Sequence record: NC_016163.1
Direction: 5' to 3' (one strand)
DNA length: 64,000 bases
Within the stretch, counting starts at the first letter, position 1; every line of letters begins with the position of its first letter. The notes below the pieces were generated by a model. That model saw only the letters and a list, made by a program, of their open reading frames with translations, made no database searches and was not told the DNA's origin. Shown piece after piece: positions 8,994 to 18,595 of the stretch. Both the position numbers and the translations under genes were made by a program.

Positions 8994-10544
8994 ATGATTG
9001 GCAAGCTCCAACGTCAGTTTATAGCGGCATTCCAAGAAGATAATCCGGAGAAATTTAATGAAGATCTGATCTTTATGCGTAATAAAGAATCAAAAGAACT
9101 TCATCACTATTTCTACGATGTCTTCAATTCCCTTAAGTTAAAAGGTATTACTTTCCTAAGTTCTGAGACTATTACAGACGAGACTGAATTCCATAAGTAT
9201 ATTCCTAAAAAGAGTATCCCAATTGAGAATAGTCGTCTTGAACTAGTAAGAGCTAAGTTTCGTTTAGAAGCGGATGGAGAGTCTAAAGAGATTGTAGTAC
9301 AAATCTTTTTCCCTAAGCTTATTGATAACTATTTCTATGAGATTAAAGGTTCTCGTTATCTTGCGGTATATCAAGTAACAGATAGAAACTTCTATACTTC
9401 TTCTGATGCATCCGTATATCTTAAATCTCTTTTAATGCCATTAGGTTTATATCTTAATAGCAAAGGTAATGCACCTATTGAGATTGTAGATGAAAATGAA
9501 GAAATTGTAACTCTTCCAAACAAAGAGTTTGTACTTGATTTCTTTAAATTAAAGAAAAAATCTACACATAAAAATGCTTTCTATTATTATTTCATCAAGT
9601 ATGAAGGTGTACAGAATGCGATTGATGTAATCTTTGGTAATACAGATGATCATAAATTTGTATTTATTACTGAAGAAAGAGAGAACTATGAAGGTTATTG
9701 CCGGATAGAAATTCGAAAAGATCTCTATATCTATTGCTGGAATAATTTCACAAATACCTATAAACATTTGGTAAGTACTTTATATCATGCATTAAAAGGT
9801 ATTCGTAAATCTTCTGTCATTGATTCTGTTGATTATTGGAAACGTAAGATTCTAAATAATGCTACGGCTAAGCTTGAAAAAGCTGATCGCACAATGATTA
9901 GTCTTGAACGTATCTTAGACAATCGTACTAAAAAGAATCTATCCAGAGAAATCGTTAACCCTGAATTACGTGAAGATTCATATGGTGTAGTTCGTTGGAT
10001 GATGTATAATTTTGACAATAGTGATCGTCCCGATTTTCCAGATGCGTCATTAGTCAATATTGATCCAGTAAATATCTATAATCGCCGTATTCGTTTGACA
10101 GAATATATGATTTATCCTTTGCTGACAAAGCTTAGCGACTCATCATATCGTATTCTAAATAGCCGTAATATCAATATTAAACGATTAGAGAATGTATTCA
10201 GTACTATTGGCCCGAATTACATTCTGAAGTTCCTTAGTGGTAATGAATTACTTCGTTACTATAATGCTACTAGTTCTTTAGATCTTTTCAGTACTCTTAA
10301 ATGGTCTGCCCGTGGTAATCAGGGGTTAGGTAAATCTTCTAGTACTGTAGCAACTAAGTTCCGTGGCCTACATCCAAGTTATCTTGGCGTAGTTTCACTT
10401 AATGCTGCATCTGCAAGTGATCCTGGATTAACGGGTACTTTCTGTCCATTGTCGAATAATTTCGGCGATATGGAATTTGTAGATCATTCTAATGAAATTC
10501 ATTATATTAATGATGTTTTAGATATCTACACTGAAGAAGACTAG
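8994..10544 (+). CDS. rpoB: Non-virion RNA polymerase beta subunit, N-terminal part (AR9 gp105 / phiKZ gp123-like)
   Basis: EKFNEDLI, FFPKLIDNY, SLERILD, RRIRLTEY and RGLHPSYLG...DPGLTG (equivalent to beta RDVHPTHYG). Confidence 0.92.
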   Translation: MIGKLQRQFIAAFQEDNPEKFNEDLIFMRNKESKELHHYFYDVFNSLKLKGITFLSSETITDETEFHKYIPKKSIPIENSRLELVRAKFRLEADGESKEIVVQIFFPKLIDNYFYEIKGSRYLAVYQVTDRNFYTSSDASVYLKSLLMPLGLYLNSKGNAPIEIVDENEEIVTLPNKEFVLDFFKLKKKSTHKNAFYYYFIKYEGVQNAIDVIFGNTDDHKFVFITEERENYEGYCRIEIRKDLYIYCWNNFTNTYKHLVSTLYHALKGIRKSSVIDSVDYWKRKILNNATAKLEKADRTMISLERILDNRTKKNLSREIVNPELREDSYGVVRWMMYNFDNSDRPDFPDASLVNIDPVNIYNRRIRLTEYMIYPLLTKLSDSSYRILNSRNINIKRLENVFSTIGPNYILKFLSGNELLRYYNATSSLDLFSTLKWSARGNQGLGKSSSTVATKFRGLHPSYLGVVSLNAASASDPGLTGTFCPLSNNFGDMEFVDHSNEIHYINDVLDIYTEED

Positions 10545-10609
10545 TAATTTTGACACAATACCTTGAACGGGTATTGTGTCTATTTATTTTTTATTGAGGA
10601 AGTAATCTC

Positions 10610-11653
10610 ATGAATGAGAATGCATTATTTATTTGTAATCTTGAAAAAATTAAATATACTGTATTAAGAGAAAATGTTTTAAACAATGCTCCGTTTGATA
10701 ATAAACGTATTAATCTCTATATTGATACAGATTATATTTTTAAAGCATTTAGAACCGAATACACTAAAGAAGCTACTAAGAAATTATCTTCTAAAGGTCA
10801 AATTAATGCTTTAATGGTAGAATTTATTAATTTTGTCTCCCACTACAAACATTTTTTGACAGATTTTTTTGAAGCTGAAGTTCGCACTTTTATTCTTCAT
10901 GGATATCATTCAGAGACTATTGGGTTCTATGACAAAGGTGAAGACTTTGATGAAGAAGATTTAGCATTCTTTGATAAAGTAATTGAAAGAATGAAAAAAC
11001 TTACTTCTTTTACTAGCGATGTATTCGTAGTAGAAAGTAAAGCTATCCCTAAATTCGCTATACCTTATTTATTTAGTAAAGAGCCTAATGTAAAAGGTAG
11101 AAGTGCTCCATTTAGAGCTAAGAAACCAATTAATCTGTTCATTACAAAGAATCCTAAGTTCTTGCAATATTCATTTTTAATGGATAATTTTTATTTACTT
11201 GATAAAAGTTTATATAATTCTCTTCATAGTATGCAACCATTGCATAAAAAGCTTAAATCTGTTACCAGTGTGGATCGTTACTATCTGGTTCCGTATTTAA
11301 CTATTTGCGGATTTGATAGACATGAAGGTTTAAGAAAAATTACCAATGCTAAGTTCTTTAGACCTAGTGATCTACAAAACTTCTTTACTTATGAAAATAG
11401 TAGCAATACTATGCATATTATAGATTTTGCAGAAAAAGAAATCTTCAAAGATAGTTTATCTCATGATGAAAAAATGTTGATATCTGACAGGGTTCAAATG
11501 GTAGATATCCCGCATTTAATTCGTTCTGCAAAAGAAAGCGATAAGTTAGAAGTGATTAACTCATTAAGTGGTCATATTGAAGACTCAGATGCTATCCATC
11601 GTCTGAATTCAGATAATTTCCGTAACTCTCTCAATATTGATTATCTCCTATAA
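10610..11653 (+). CDS. FEN/PIN-like 5'-3' nuclease fold protein, probably catalytically degenerate
   Basis: INLYIDTDYIF N-terminal strand; the usual acidic motifs appear replaced (ITKNPKFLQ where SxDxDxxQ is expected). Confidence 0.45.
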   Translation: MNENALFICNLEKIKYTVLRENVLNNAPFDNKRINLYIDTDYIFKAFRTEYTKEATKKLSSKGQINALMVEFINFVSHYKHFLTDFFEAEVRTFILHGYHSETIGFYDKGEDFDEEDLAFFDKVIERMKKLTSFTSDVFVVESKAIPKFAIPYLFSKEPNVKGRSAPFRAKKPINLFITKNPKFLQYSFLMDNFYLLDKSLYNSLHSMQPLHKKLKSVTSVDRYYLVPYLTICGFDRHEGLRKITNAKFFRPSDLQNFFTYENSSNTMHIIDFAEKEIFKDSLSHDEKMLISDRVQMVDIPHLIRSAKESDKLEVINSLSGHIEDSDAIHRLNSDNFRNSLNIDYLL

Positions 11654-11664
11654 CACGATATTAG
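11652..11664 (+). promoter_or_regulatory. Putative late (nvRNAP) promoter
   Basis: AACA-CGATAT-TAG. Confidence 0.75.
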
Positions 11665-11741
11665 TATGAATATAATTTCCTTAACGGCTTATACGGTCGT
11701 TAAGGATTATATTCTTTTTTTTTTGTTAATGGGTTATTAAA

Positions 11742-14294
11742 ATGGCAAATAATGACTTACAAGAAATGCTAAAACGTTTTAGATATCCGTTAAATTCAAC
11801 TTCTATGCAACCTATAACTGGTAAGCAAGAAGGCGCGGTATCTATGTGTAAGGCTAATCTAGTAACTTTACAAGAGTTACAAAGAGAGGCTGATTCAGCA
11901 TATACAAAATTTGATATAAGTGTAAAAGAAGCTAGATCTTCTGTAGGTAATACAATAAATCCTAATATACCCGCTTCTAGTGTTACAGCCCAATATTTAA
12001 TGGGTCGTATAGATATGGGTGTAAGTGTAGCCGTACGTCTTCAAAATGAAATAAATAAAGTACTAAATCCAAATCTACCGGATTATGTCAAGATGGCATA
12101 TACCCCAAGTGTAGTAGATTTTGGAGGAGTAACACAGGCTTTTAATACATATTATACAAAGCTTAAAGATATTGAGAAACGAGCAGCTAAGATAAAGGAA
12201 GATAACAAACCTGAAATCAAGGAAGCTACAGTTTCATCAGCTAATACTGAATATTCTCTAGAGAATAAGACTTTCCTGAAGTCTATGTATGATATTTCTA
12301 TACAAATGATTCTTCCAGACAATACTCAGAACGATATAACTCAATATATTACAGATATCCTATATTCATTTAATGCGGATAATATGGTAATGCCAATTTA
12401 TTCTGTAAAAATGAAGATGCCAGCAACGCTATATGATTCTATAAGAAAATATTTTGAAGGAATAAAATGGTATATTACTGTCAAATTATATACTAAAACT
12501 TCTGATACTAGTCAAGATCAATTCGCTATACCTTCTTTAATTAAAGATTTTGAAGAATTAGTAGCTATTGATCCTACATTTAGTCCCGGAAACGATGATT
12601 CCAATAGACCTGAAGGTGTTCTGCCTATTTATACCATGAAAATGGATTTTGTTTCTGCTAAGGGGAATGCATTAAACTCCATAGTAAAAGCGAGAGTATT
12701 TTCTAACTGTAAATTAATTGATGTTATTTCAGCCCTATGTAGTCAAGTCAAGCAGGAATATGAATCAACTGGTAATGTAGACTCAAGTAAAGAGATTAAG
12801 TATACTATTTCTCCTCCAGATAATACTCAAACTTATGAGCAAATCATAATAAAGCCTGGTAGTTTTACGGCTACTCTTCATGCTTTACAAAGAGAGTATG
12901 GAGTATATAAAACAGGTATTCAAGTACTATTTGATGGAAATCATAATATAAAAGATACTAATGGTGTTAAGCCAATTAGTTATTTAACTATTACGGATAA
13001 AGGTGGTACTGCTCCTGCTACAAATAATATAACTGATGCTTTATTTGAAGTAGTAGATCCTAAATATGTAAAAAATATGATTCATGAAACAGGTTACTTA
13101 ATCAATAATGATACAAGTAGTGTTACTGTTAGAACTTTTGAACCTTATCACCTTGTAAAAACTAACTCCGACAGGCTTAGTAGAGGTGATTCAGTAAGGG
13201 TAATGAGTACTTCTCAGAACTCAGCTTCTAGTACTGTATGTGACAATCCAAATGATTTTTCTACATACAATCAAAGATTTTATTATAGTAAATTTGATAA
13301 TCCGTATGCATTAACTCAGTTGCAAGATAACATCCGTGAAAGAAATCAGATGTTAACTATAGAAGCTAGAGACATAGATATTTTTACTTTTAATGCTAAT
13401 CTAAATTATCAAGTTAAATTTTATAGTAGAGACGATGAAACTGGATCAGGTGCATATAGACTCAAAAAATATGCGGCTTATTTCGGATTTACTCGTTCTG
13501 GTGTTAAGAGTAGGGTAGAAACATCTGCCGTTTTTGAATTCGGAAATATACCTGAATTGAGAGAAAATGGGGTAACAGCCCCTAGGAAGACTTACGCAGA
13601 GAAGGTTGGAAGCACTAATAAAAGTGCGTCAAATTCAACTACTCTAAAAGGTGCTACCTCTAGTGGTACAGGTGGTGGTTTTACTTCTAACTCATCTAAT
13701 ACTCCATCAGTTCCATTTAAAACTAACTTTAGAAATAAAAAAGACTATTTAGGTAATACCATTCCAGAAACTATACCTGCTAGTTACAAGATGTCTCAAC
13801 AAACTACGTTCGAAGATGTCTATGTAACTCAAACAGGTACTGATTTATATAAAGGTAATGGGTTAGCAAATAATTTTGCATATTTTATAAATGCTCAAAG
13901 GTTTGCATCAGAAATTCTAGATCCTTTATTTAATTCTGAAGGTAAATCTAAATTAGTTGATTTTTATAAGTATGAAACAGATGGTTCTTATGGCGCTAGT
14001 GCTCACTTAGTAGCTTTAGCTGCAGATGTATCATTCAATAAGAGTGGTGATGAATTAATCAAGTCATTTATCAAGATATCTAATATGGGTCTTGATTTTG
14101 ATCAGTTAATTCTTCAAGGCGATGGTAGTTCATGGAAGTACATTCATATTGGTAAGAATATGAATGAAACTAATCGTAAACAAGTAATACTATCACCTAC
14201 ATCAGTAAATAATGACTACAAAGTAATCAATAAAGCCTTAACTGAAGAAGATGTACCTAAACTTAAAATAACTGAATTTAGAAAATACTTTTAA
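11742..14294 (+). CDS. Virion baseplate hub-like protein with C-terminal M15-type peptidase domain
   Basis: 850 aa behind a late promoter; Ser/Thr/Gly linker, then SAHLVALAAD...FDQLIL...YIHIG. Confidence 0.65.
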   Translation: MANNDLQEMLKRFRYPLNSTSMQPITGKQEGAVSMCKANLVTLQELQREADSAYTKFDISVKEARSSVGNTINPNIPASSVTAQYLMGRIDMGVSVAVRLQNEINKVLNPNLPDYVKMAYTPSVVDFGGVTQAFNTYYTKLKDIEKRAAKIKEDNKPEIKEATVSSANTEYSLENKTFLKSMYDISIQMILPDNTQNDITQYITDILYSFNADNMVMPIYSVKMKMPATLYDSIRKYFEGIKWYITVKLYTKTSDTSQDQFAIPSLIKDFEELVAIDPTFSPGNDDSNRPEGVLPIYTMKMDFVSAKGNALNSIVKARVFSNCKLIDVISALCSQVKQEYESTGNVDSSKEIKYTISPPDNTQTYEQIIIKPGSFTATLHALQREYGVYKTGIQVLFDGNHNIKDTNGVKPISYLTITDKGGTAPATNNITDALFEVVDPKYVKNMIHETGYLINNDTSSVTVRTFEPYHLVKTNSDRLSRGDSVRVMSTSQNSASSTVCDNPNDFSTYNQRFYYSKFDNPYALTQLQDNIRERNQMLTIEARDIDIFTFNANLNYQVKFYSRDDETGSGAYRLKKYAAYFGFTRSGVKSRVETSAVFEFGNIPELRENGVTAPRKTYAEKVGSTNKSASNSTTLKGATSSGTGGGFTSNSSNTPSVPFKTNFRNKKDYLGNTIPETIPASYKMSQQTTFEDVYVTQTGTDLYKGNGLANNFAYFINAQRFASEILDPLFNSEGKSKLVDFYKYETDGSYGASAHLVALAADVSFNKSGDELIKSFIKISNMGLDFDQLILQGDGSSWKYIHIGKNMNETNRKQVILSPTSVNNDYKVINKALTEEDVPKLKITEFRKYF

Positions 14295-14300
14295 ATAAAC

Positions 14301-14329
14301 CCCTATATCCCCGAAAGAGGGATATAGGG
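14301..14329. terminator. Bidirectional hairpin terminator, CCYWTATCC family
   Basis: CCCTATATCC...GGATATAGGG between convergent genes. Confidence 0.82.
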
Positions 14330-14336
14330 AGTTTTA

Positions 14337-15185
14337 TTACTCTTTTCCTGATACTAGTTTAGATGAATAATCTGAATGAATCTTCAACCAATTATTCATA
14401 AACTTAGCAATTTCGCCTAAGAATGAAACATTATTAAATAATGCTTTAGTTCTTCTGGTAAGCATATCTAATGAAATTTGTTTACCATTCATCTTATAGA
14501 GTTTAAATAACTGTTCTATCTTAGCTTTCAACTCTTCTAAGTGAGAAATAGTCTTAAGGAGCTGTTCATTAGTAGAATTAAACTGACCCATAATCATTTG
14601 AAGCTTTTGTTTAAAGGCTTCAACTTCTTGAGCAGTATATTCATTTTCAGTTAAATCAGTAAATCTGGAAAGGTTATTTCCAAAAATCTCAGTTACTAAC
14701 TGTTTATCTTGAGCTGGAATGTCTTTCATACCATCAGCATTACCATTATAGGATAAACTCGCTTTAGCAGCTTCTGGAGACGTCTCTTGAGCAACAAACG
14801 AGATAATATTTGTCACACCGTTGGCAAATTTATCTGATTCTTCTACAAATTTTTCAAAATTAGCAAAGCCTTTAAGTTTTACTTTATCGCCTTTACTTTT
14901 TCTTTCAAACTTACCAAGGATTTTAGCAAAAATTTTCTTAGCAAAATCTCTTAGCTTAATCAGATATTTTCTAACAGTTTCTATGATCCGTTTAAGGAAT
15001 TTGATGATTTTTTCTTTAAACGATTCAGCGGCTTCAGAGTTTTCACCTTCAGGAGAATTTTCATCAGCTTCTTTTAAAATAATTGCACTATTAAATAATT
15101 CTTCTGCAAGAATTACAACTTTTTTAAATTGAGAACTTTCTTCTTCCATTAGGGAAAAAAGTTTATCAGAATAGATGAAGTCCAT
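14337..15185 (-). CDS. Putative internal head protein
   Basis: Acidic N-terminal propeptide ending ILKE, then amphipathic helix FKEKIIKFLKRIIETVRKYL. Confidence 0.65.
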   Translation of the reverse strand: MDFIYSDKLFSLMEEESSQFKKVVILAEELFNSAIILKEADENSPEGENSEAAESFKEKIIKFLKRIIETVRKYLIKLRDFAKKIFAKILGKFERKSKGDKVKLKGFANFEKFVEESDKFANGVTNIISFVAQETSPEAAKASLSYNGNADGMKDIPAQDKQLVTEIFGNNLSRFTDLTENEYTAQEVEAFKQKLQMIMGQFNSTNEQLLKTISHLEELKAKIEQLFKLYKMNGKQISLDMLTRRTKALFNNVSFLGEIAKFMNNWLKIHSDYSSKLVSGKE

Positions 15186-15186
15186 C

Positions 15187-15978
15187 TTAGAATCCTTGGT
15201 CTGAATACATTTTGGAATTACCTAAACCCTTATCGGACATCATGCGTACCATAGATTTAGAATTGGCGCTACCTCCAATTACTCTAAAGAAAGGACTTCT
15301 TATAGCAACTTTATTGACTAAAGCAATTACTACACTTACCAATCTTTCCATCTGATCTAAGAGACGAATATTGGGGGACTGAATATTATTGTCAACAAAT
15401 TGATGCTGTATTTCTTTAAGCTCTTTAATAAGCATAGGGAAAAACTTATCTATTATCCAAGAACAGCCTTGTCTTAAAGCTTGAAGATTAGTTCGTATTT
15501 GCTCTAAAAAGATAGTATTGTTACTATCAGTAGCATTACCATTAAGATACATATTAGCGTTATCTAATTGGTCGCATAGTTTAGAGATATGGTTATTTAC
15601 ACTCAAAATAGTACTAAATGAGTTATCAAAGTCAGAGATATTTACATCAAATAAGCTATGTAATACTCTTTCACCCATACTTAAGCATTCAATTCTACCA
15701 TTAAGTGATTTTAATGTAGATGCTAAATCATATTCATGTGATTGTGAATATCGATTTACTAATTCATTATGGCTAAAGAATATTTTATTGATACTATTAT
15801 CATTCAAGAAACCTTCTAATCTAGCAATAAGCTTATCTGGAACCGAATTAGTCAAAGCTGTTTGCATATCTTGAAGGTAAGTAGTTTCTGTAAGAATAGC
15901 TACCTTTAATGGGATAGAACATTCATGATGTTCTAGGAGATTATCAATCTCGTTAAATGTGTAATCTAGGTTATTCAT
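15187..15978 (-). CDS. Putative virion (head) protein
   Basis: 263 aa, AILTE motif, late gene block; near-match promoter TACA-N6-TAG upstream. Confidence 0.55.
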   Translation of the reverse strand: MNNLDYTFNEIDNLLEHHECSIPLKVAILTETTYLQDMQTALTNSVPDKLIARLEGFLNDNSINKIFFSHNELVNRYSQSHEYDLASTLKSLNGRIECLSMGERVLHSLFDVNISDFDNSFSTILSVNNHISKLCDQLDNANMYLNGNATDSNNTIFLEQIRTNLQALRQGCSWIIDKFFPMLIKELKEIQHQFVDNNIQSPNIRLLDQMERLVSVVIALVNKVAIRSPFFRVIGGSANSKSMVRMMSDKGLGNSKMYSDQGF

Positions 15979-16034
15979 TTTTACTTTATCCGTTAACGGT
16001 TACTAATAAATTGTACTAGAAAATAGAAAGAAAA

Positions 16035-16063
16035 CCCCATATCACCTTTAAGATGATATGGGG
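16035..16063. terminator. Hairpin, CCYWTAT family
   Basis: CCCCATATCA...TGATATGGGG. Confidence 0.78.
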
Positions 16064-16083
16064 AGATAACTAGCCTAAACTAA

Positions 16084-16863
16084 TTATTTTTTATCTGCTT
16101 CTTTAGCCGCTTTAGCTTCTGCTGCTTTATCAGCTGCTACACCACGAGCACCGTGGGTAGCTTTAAACAGAGCATGAACAAACTTGGAAGACAGAGAAGC
16201 AAGTTTAGAAGCTTGACGCTGAGCTTTGTTCAGAGTAGTAACAACAGCTGCATCACCGCCGCCAGCAGAGGCAGCTTTAGCCTTCAGGCTTTCTGCAACT
16301 TTCTTAACACGATCGTTAGCAGCTTTAGCCATAGTTTCTACTTTAGAAACATCAGTAGCCAGGAACTTAACGCCTTCACCTTTTTCAGCAGCGGCGCGAT
16401 AAGCAGCCAGACCTTCCTGATAAGCAGCATCGAATTCATCTTTACCAAGAGCATTGGCAGCTTTTTCGATAGCGGAAACCAGTTTAGGGGCATTTTTAAA
16501 GCTTTCTGGAAGTTCTAGAGTTTTAGCGCCCAGAGCAGCTTTCAGACGTACAACTTGTTTGCTAATGAAAGCAGAAACGGCATTGTACACTTTCATGATA
16601 GCTTCATAGGCACGTTGTGCCATAGCTTTCACTTTTTCTTTAACATTACCCAGGAAACCAGCTTTCTTATCTTCTTTAGCAGCGTCACCGCCTTCTTCTT
16701 CAGTCAGAGCAGAAAGTTGTTTTTCCAGTTTATAGTCAGCAACCATAATGGATTCATTCAGAATCGCGGAATCACTAATAACGTCAGTCAGCTCAGCAAG
16801 GGCTTCAAACAGGGAAGGTGCTTCTACTTTCTGGGTATTGGCGGATTCTAAAAACATAGCCAT
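16084..16863 (-). CDS. Abundant Ala/Lys-rich internal head protein
   Basis: Acidic propeptide with ILNE/ALTE, amphipathic helix, strongly biased codons. Confidence 0.7.
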   Translation of the reverse strand: MAMFLESANTQKVEAPSLFEALAELTDVISDSAILNESIMVADYKLEKQLSALTEEEGGDAAKEDKKAGFLGNVKEKVKAMAQRAYEAIMKVYNAVSAFISKQVVRLKAALGAKTLELPESFKNAPKLVSAIEKAANALGKDEFDAAYQEGLAAYRAAAEKGEGVKFLATDVSKVETMAKAANDRVKKVAESLKAKAASAGGGDAAVVTTLNKAQRQASKLASLSSKFVHALFKATHGARGVAADKAAEAKAAKEADKK

Positions 16864-16921
16864 GATTTATTTCCTTTATATAAAGATTTTTGATCTGTTG
16901 CAACAGAATATGACTTAATGA

Positions 16922-16934
16922 CTATCTTAATGTT
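16922..16934 (-). promoter_or_regulatory. Putative late promoter
   Basis: AACA-TTAAGA-TAG. Confidence 0.75.
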
Positions 16935-16971
16935 AGTGTAATTACAAAATAAAATTCGCAATTTGCTTTAT

Positions 16972-17774
16972 TTAGGCGATTCTAACATCTTGATTAAAGT
17001 TAACTAACATAGCGGCCATTCCTTTGGTAAGGAAAGTAGATAATTTTAATAGACTATTAATGGATTTCTCAGATTCATCATATATATCCATTTTTCTTGA
17101 AAAATCTCCATCCTTTAAATTTCCTGAAGAATTTTCTTCAATTCTTTTAAAGAGCATTATAGTACTTAATTGAATATCTTTAGATATTTCTTTAACTTTT
17201 TCTAAAAAAGATCAACGTTGTTTACATCCACTAAAGTACCTTTACCCATTAAGCTATCCCCACCAGTATTTTTAGATAAAAGTAATTCTATTCTATCTCT
17301 AGCATCGGAGCTTTTTAAAGTAGAATCGGATTGCAGGTCTGAAATAATTTTTGGTGCTATATTAATGAAATCATATAATCCTGAAGGAATATGCATCTGA
17401 ATTGTAATTTTTCCATTAATATTTTCAACACCCCCTTTACCATCAGAAGTATACTTTCCAATAATAACTTTTTCTACATCTACTTCCCGTTTGGATTTCT
17501 TAACAGTTTTTTCATTAACAAATACTTTATTTAAGTAAGTTCTTAATTTTTCTTTCATTTTAACTGCATAGATCAAGATATTCTGAGCAGCCTTAAGTAA
17601 ATAAGTCTTTAACTTGAGAATCACTTTCCTGAAATCACCTTTAGCTTCACTTAGGGTTTCATAAGTTTCGGTATTCTCAAGTAAACTATCTAAATTATCA
17701 AAAGATGCTTCCAAAAGAGATATATTAGGCTCTTTCATTACCTCATCTTTTATATAGGATTCTATAAATAACAT
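16972..17774 (-). pseudogene. Internal head protein paralog split by a -1 frameshift in a T6 run (ORFs 17202-17774 and 16972-17157)
   Basis: GAT CTT TTT TAG stop; one extra T continues LEKVKEISKDIQLSTIMLFKRIEE... into the downstream ORF, giving about 267 aa, like its paralogs. Confidence 0.7.
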
Positions 17775-17796
17775 GTGATTTTCCTTTATAAATTTT

Positions 17797-17809
17797 CTAA
17801 TTATGTGTT
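17797..17809 (-). promoter_or_regulatory. Putative late promoter
   Basis: AACA-CATAAT-TAG. Confidence 0.75.
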
Positions 17810-17846
17810 GAAATTACCCTATTCACCGAAATGAATAGGGTAATAA

Positions 17847-18593
17847 TTATTTATTGATAAGTAATGAATGGCTAACTAAATCAGATTTTAAGCCAGCTGC
17901 CATTAGAAATACATCTAATGTCTGTACCGCTTGACCGGATTTAGCTGTATCTACTTCCTCAATAGAAGCATTACCAAAGAGAGAAATATCTTGCAAGAAT
18001 TTATTCTTAGCCTCAATATTATCCCCTCTAGCACCTAATACTTCCTTGATAATTGGAGAGTAACCATTAGCATCTTCTTTACTAGGATCATCAAGAGTTA
18101 CTGAAAGTAGGGCTTGAGTATCATAGTCGGTAAATCTACCAGACTTATTATCCTGATTAAGAGAACCAGTTAATCTTGAACGAACATTACCAGAAGATAT
18201 ATCAACATTACTTTTAACTTTCTTAGAAAGTAATTGTTGCATACGTTTCATATGCACCCAAAGAACAGGTACTTTATAAGGTGTACGGATTACTTTACCA
18301 TCAGTAGTTTTGTGTCTAATATAGACATATTCTTCTAATGGTACATTGATATGCTTAGCAGCTTTTTCAATATTATCTAAAGTAATATCATTTTTACCGT
18401 ATAAATCCATTTCTACATAGAACTGATTATCTTCAGAAGATTTCATCTTTTTAAAGTATTCAACAAAATCTTTATCAGACATGGATTTAAATAATTCCTT
18501 ATATCGATTACTATTCATACCACTTGGATCCATAGCACTAATAGTATCAATAATAAGTTTCTCAGCTTTTTTACGATTCTTTGCAGTAATCAT
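17847..18593 (-). CDS. rpoB: Virion RNA polymerase beta subunit, C-terminal part (phiKZ gp149-like)
   Basis: MKRMQQLLSKK...RSRLTGSL...SGRFTDYDTQAL corresponds to the beta C-terminal HLVDDKMHARS...GQRFGEMEVWAL region. Confidence 0.78.
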   Translation of the reverse strand: MITAKNRKKAEKLIIDTISAMDPSGMNSNRYKELFKSMSDKDFVEYFKKMKSSEDNQFYVEMDLYGKNDITLDNIEKAAKHINVPLEEYVYIRHKTTDGKVIRTPYKVPVLWVHMKRMQQLLSKKVKSNVDISSGNVRSRLTGSLNQDNKSGRFTDYDTQALLSVTLDDPSKEDANGYSPIIKEVLGARGDNIEAKNKFLQDISLFGNASIEEVDTAKSGQAVQTLDVFLMAAGLKSDLVSHSLLINK

Positions 18594-18595
18594 AC

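Noticed and set aside
14821-16851. Plus-strand ORFs 14821-15132, 15518-15874, 16153-16518 and 16555-16851, and similar antisense ORFs elsewhere such as 3674-3856
   Set aside because: They are shadows of well-supported opposite-strand genes, with no RBS or promoter and atypical composition.
17202-17204. TAG recoding (alternative genetic code) as the explanation for the split gene
   Set aside because: Read-through stays in the wrong frame; other genes end normally at TAG and coding density is high under code 11.
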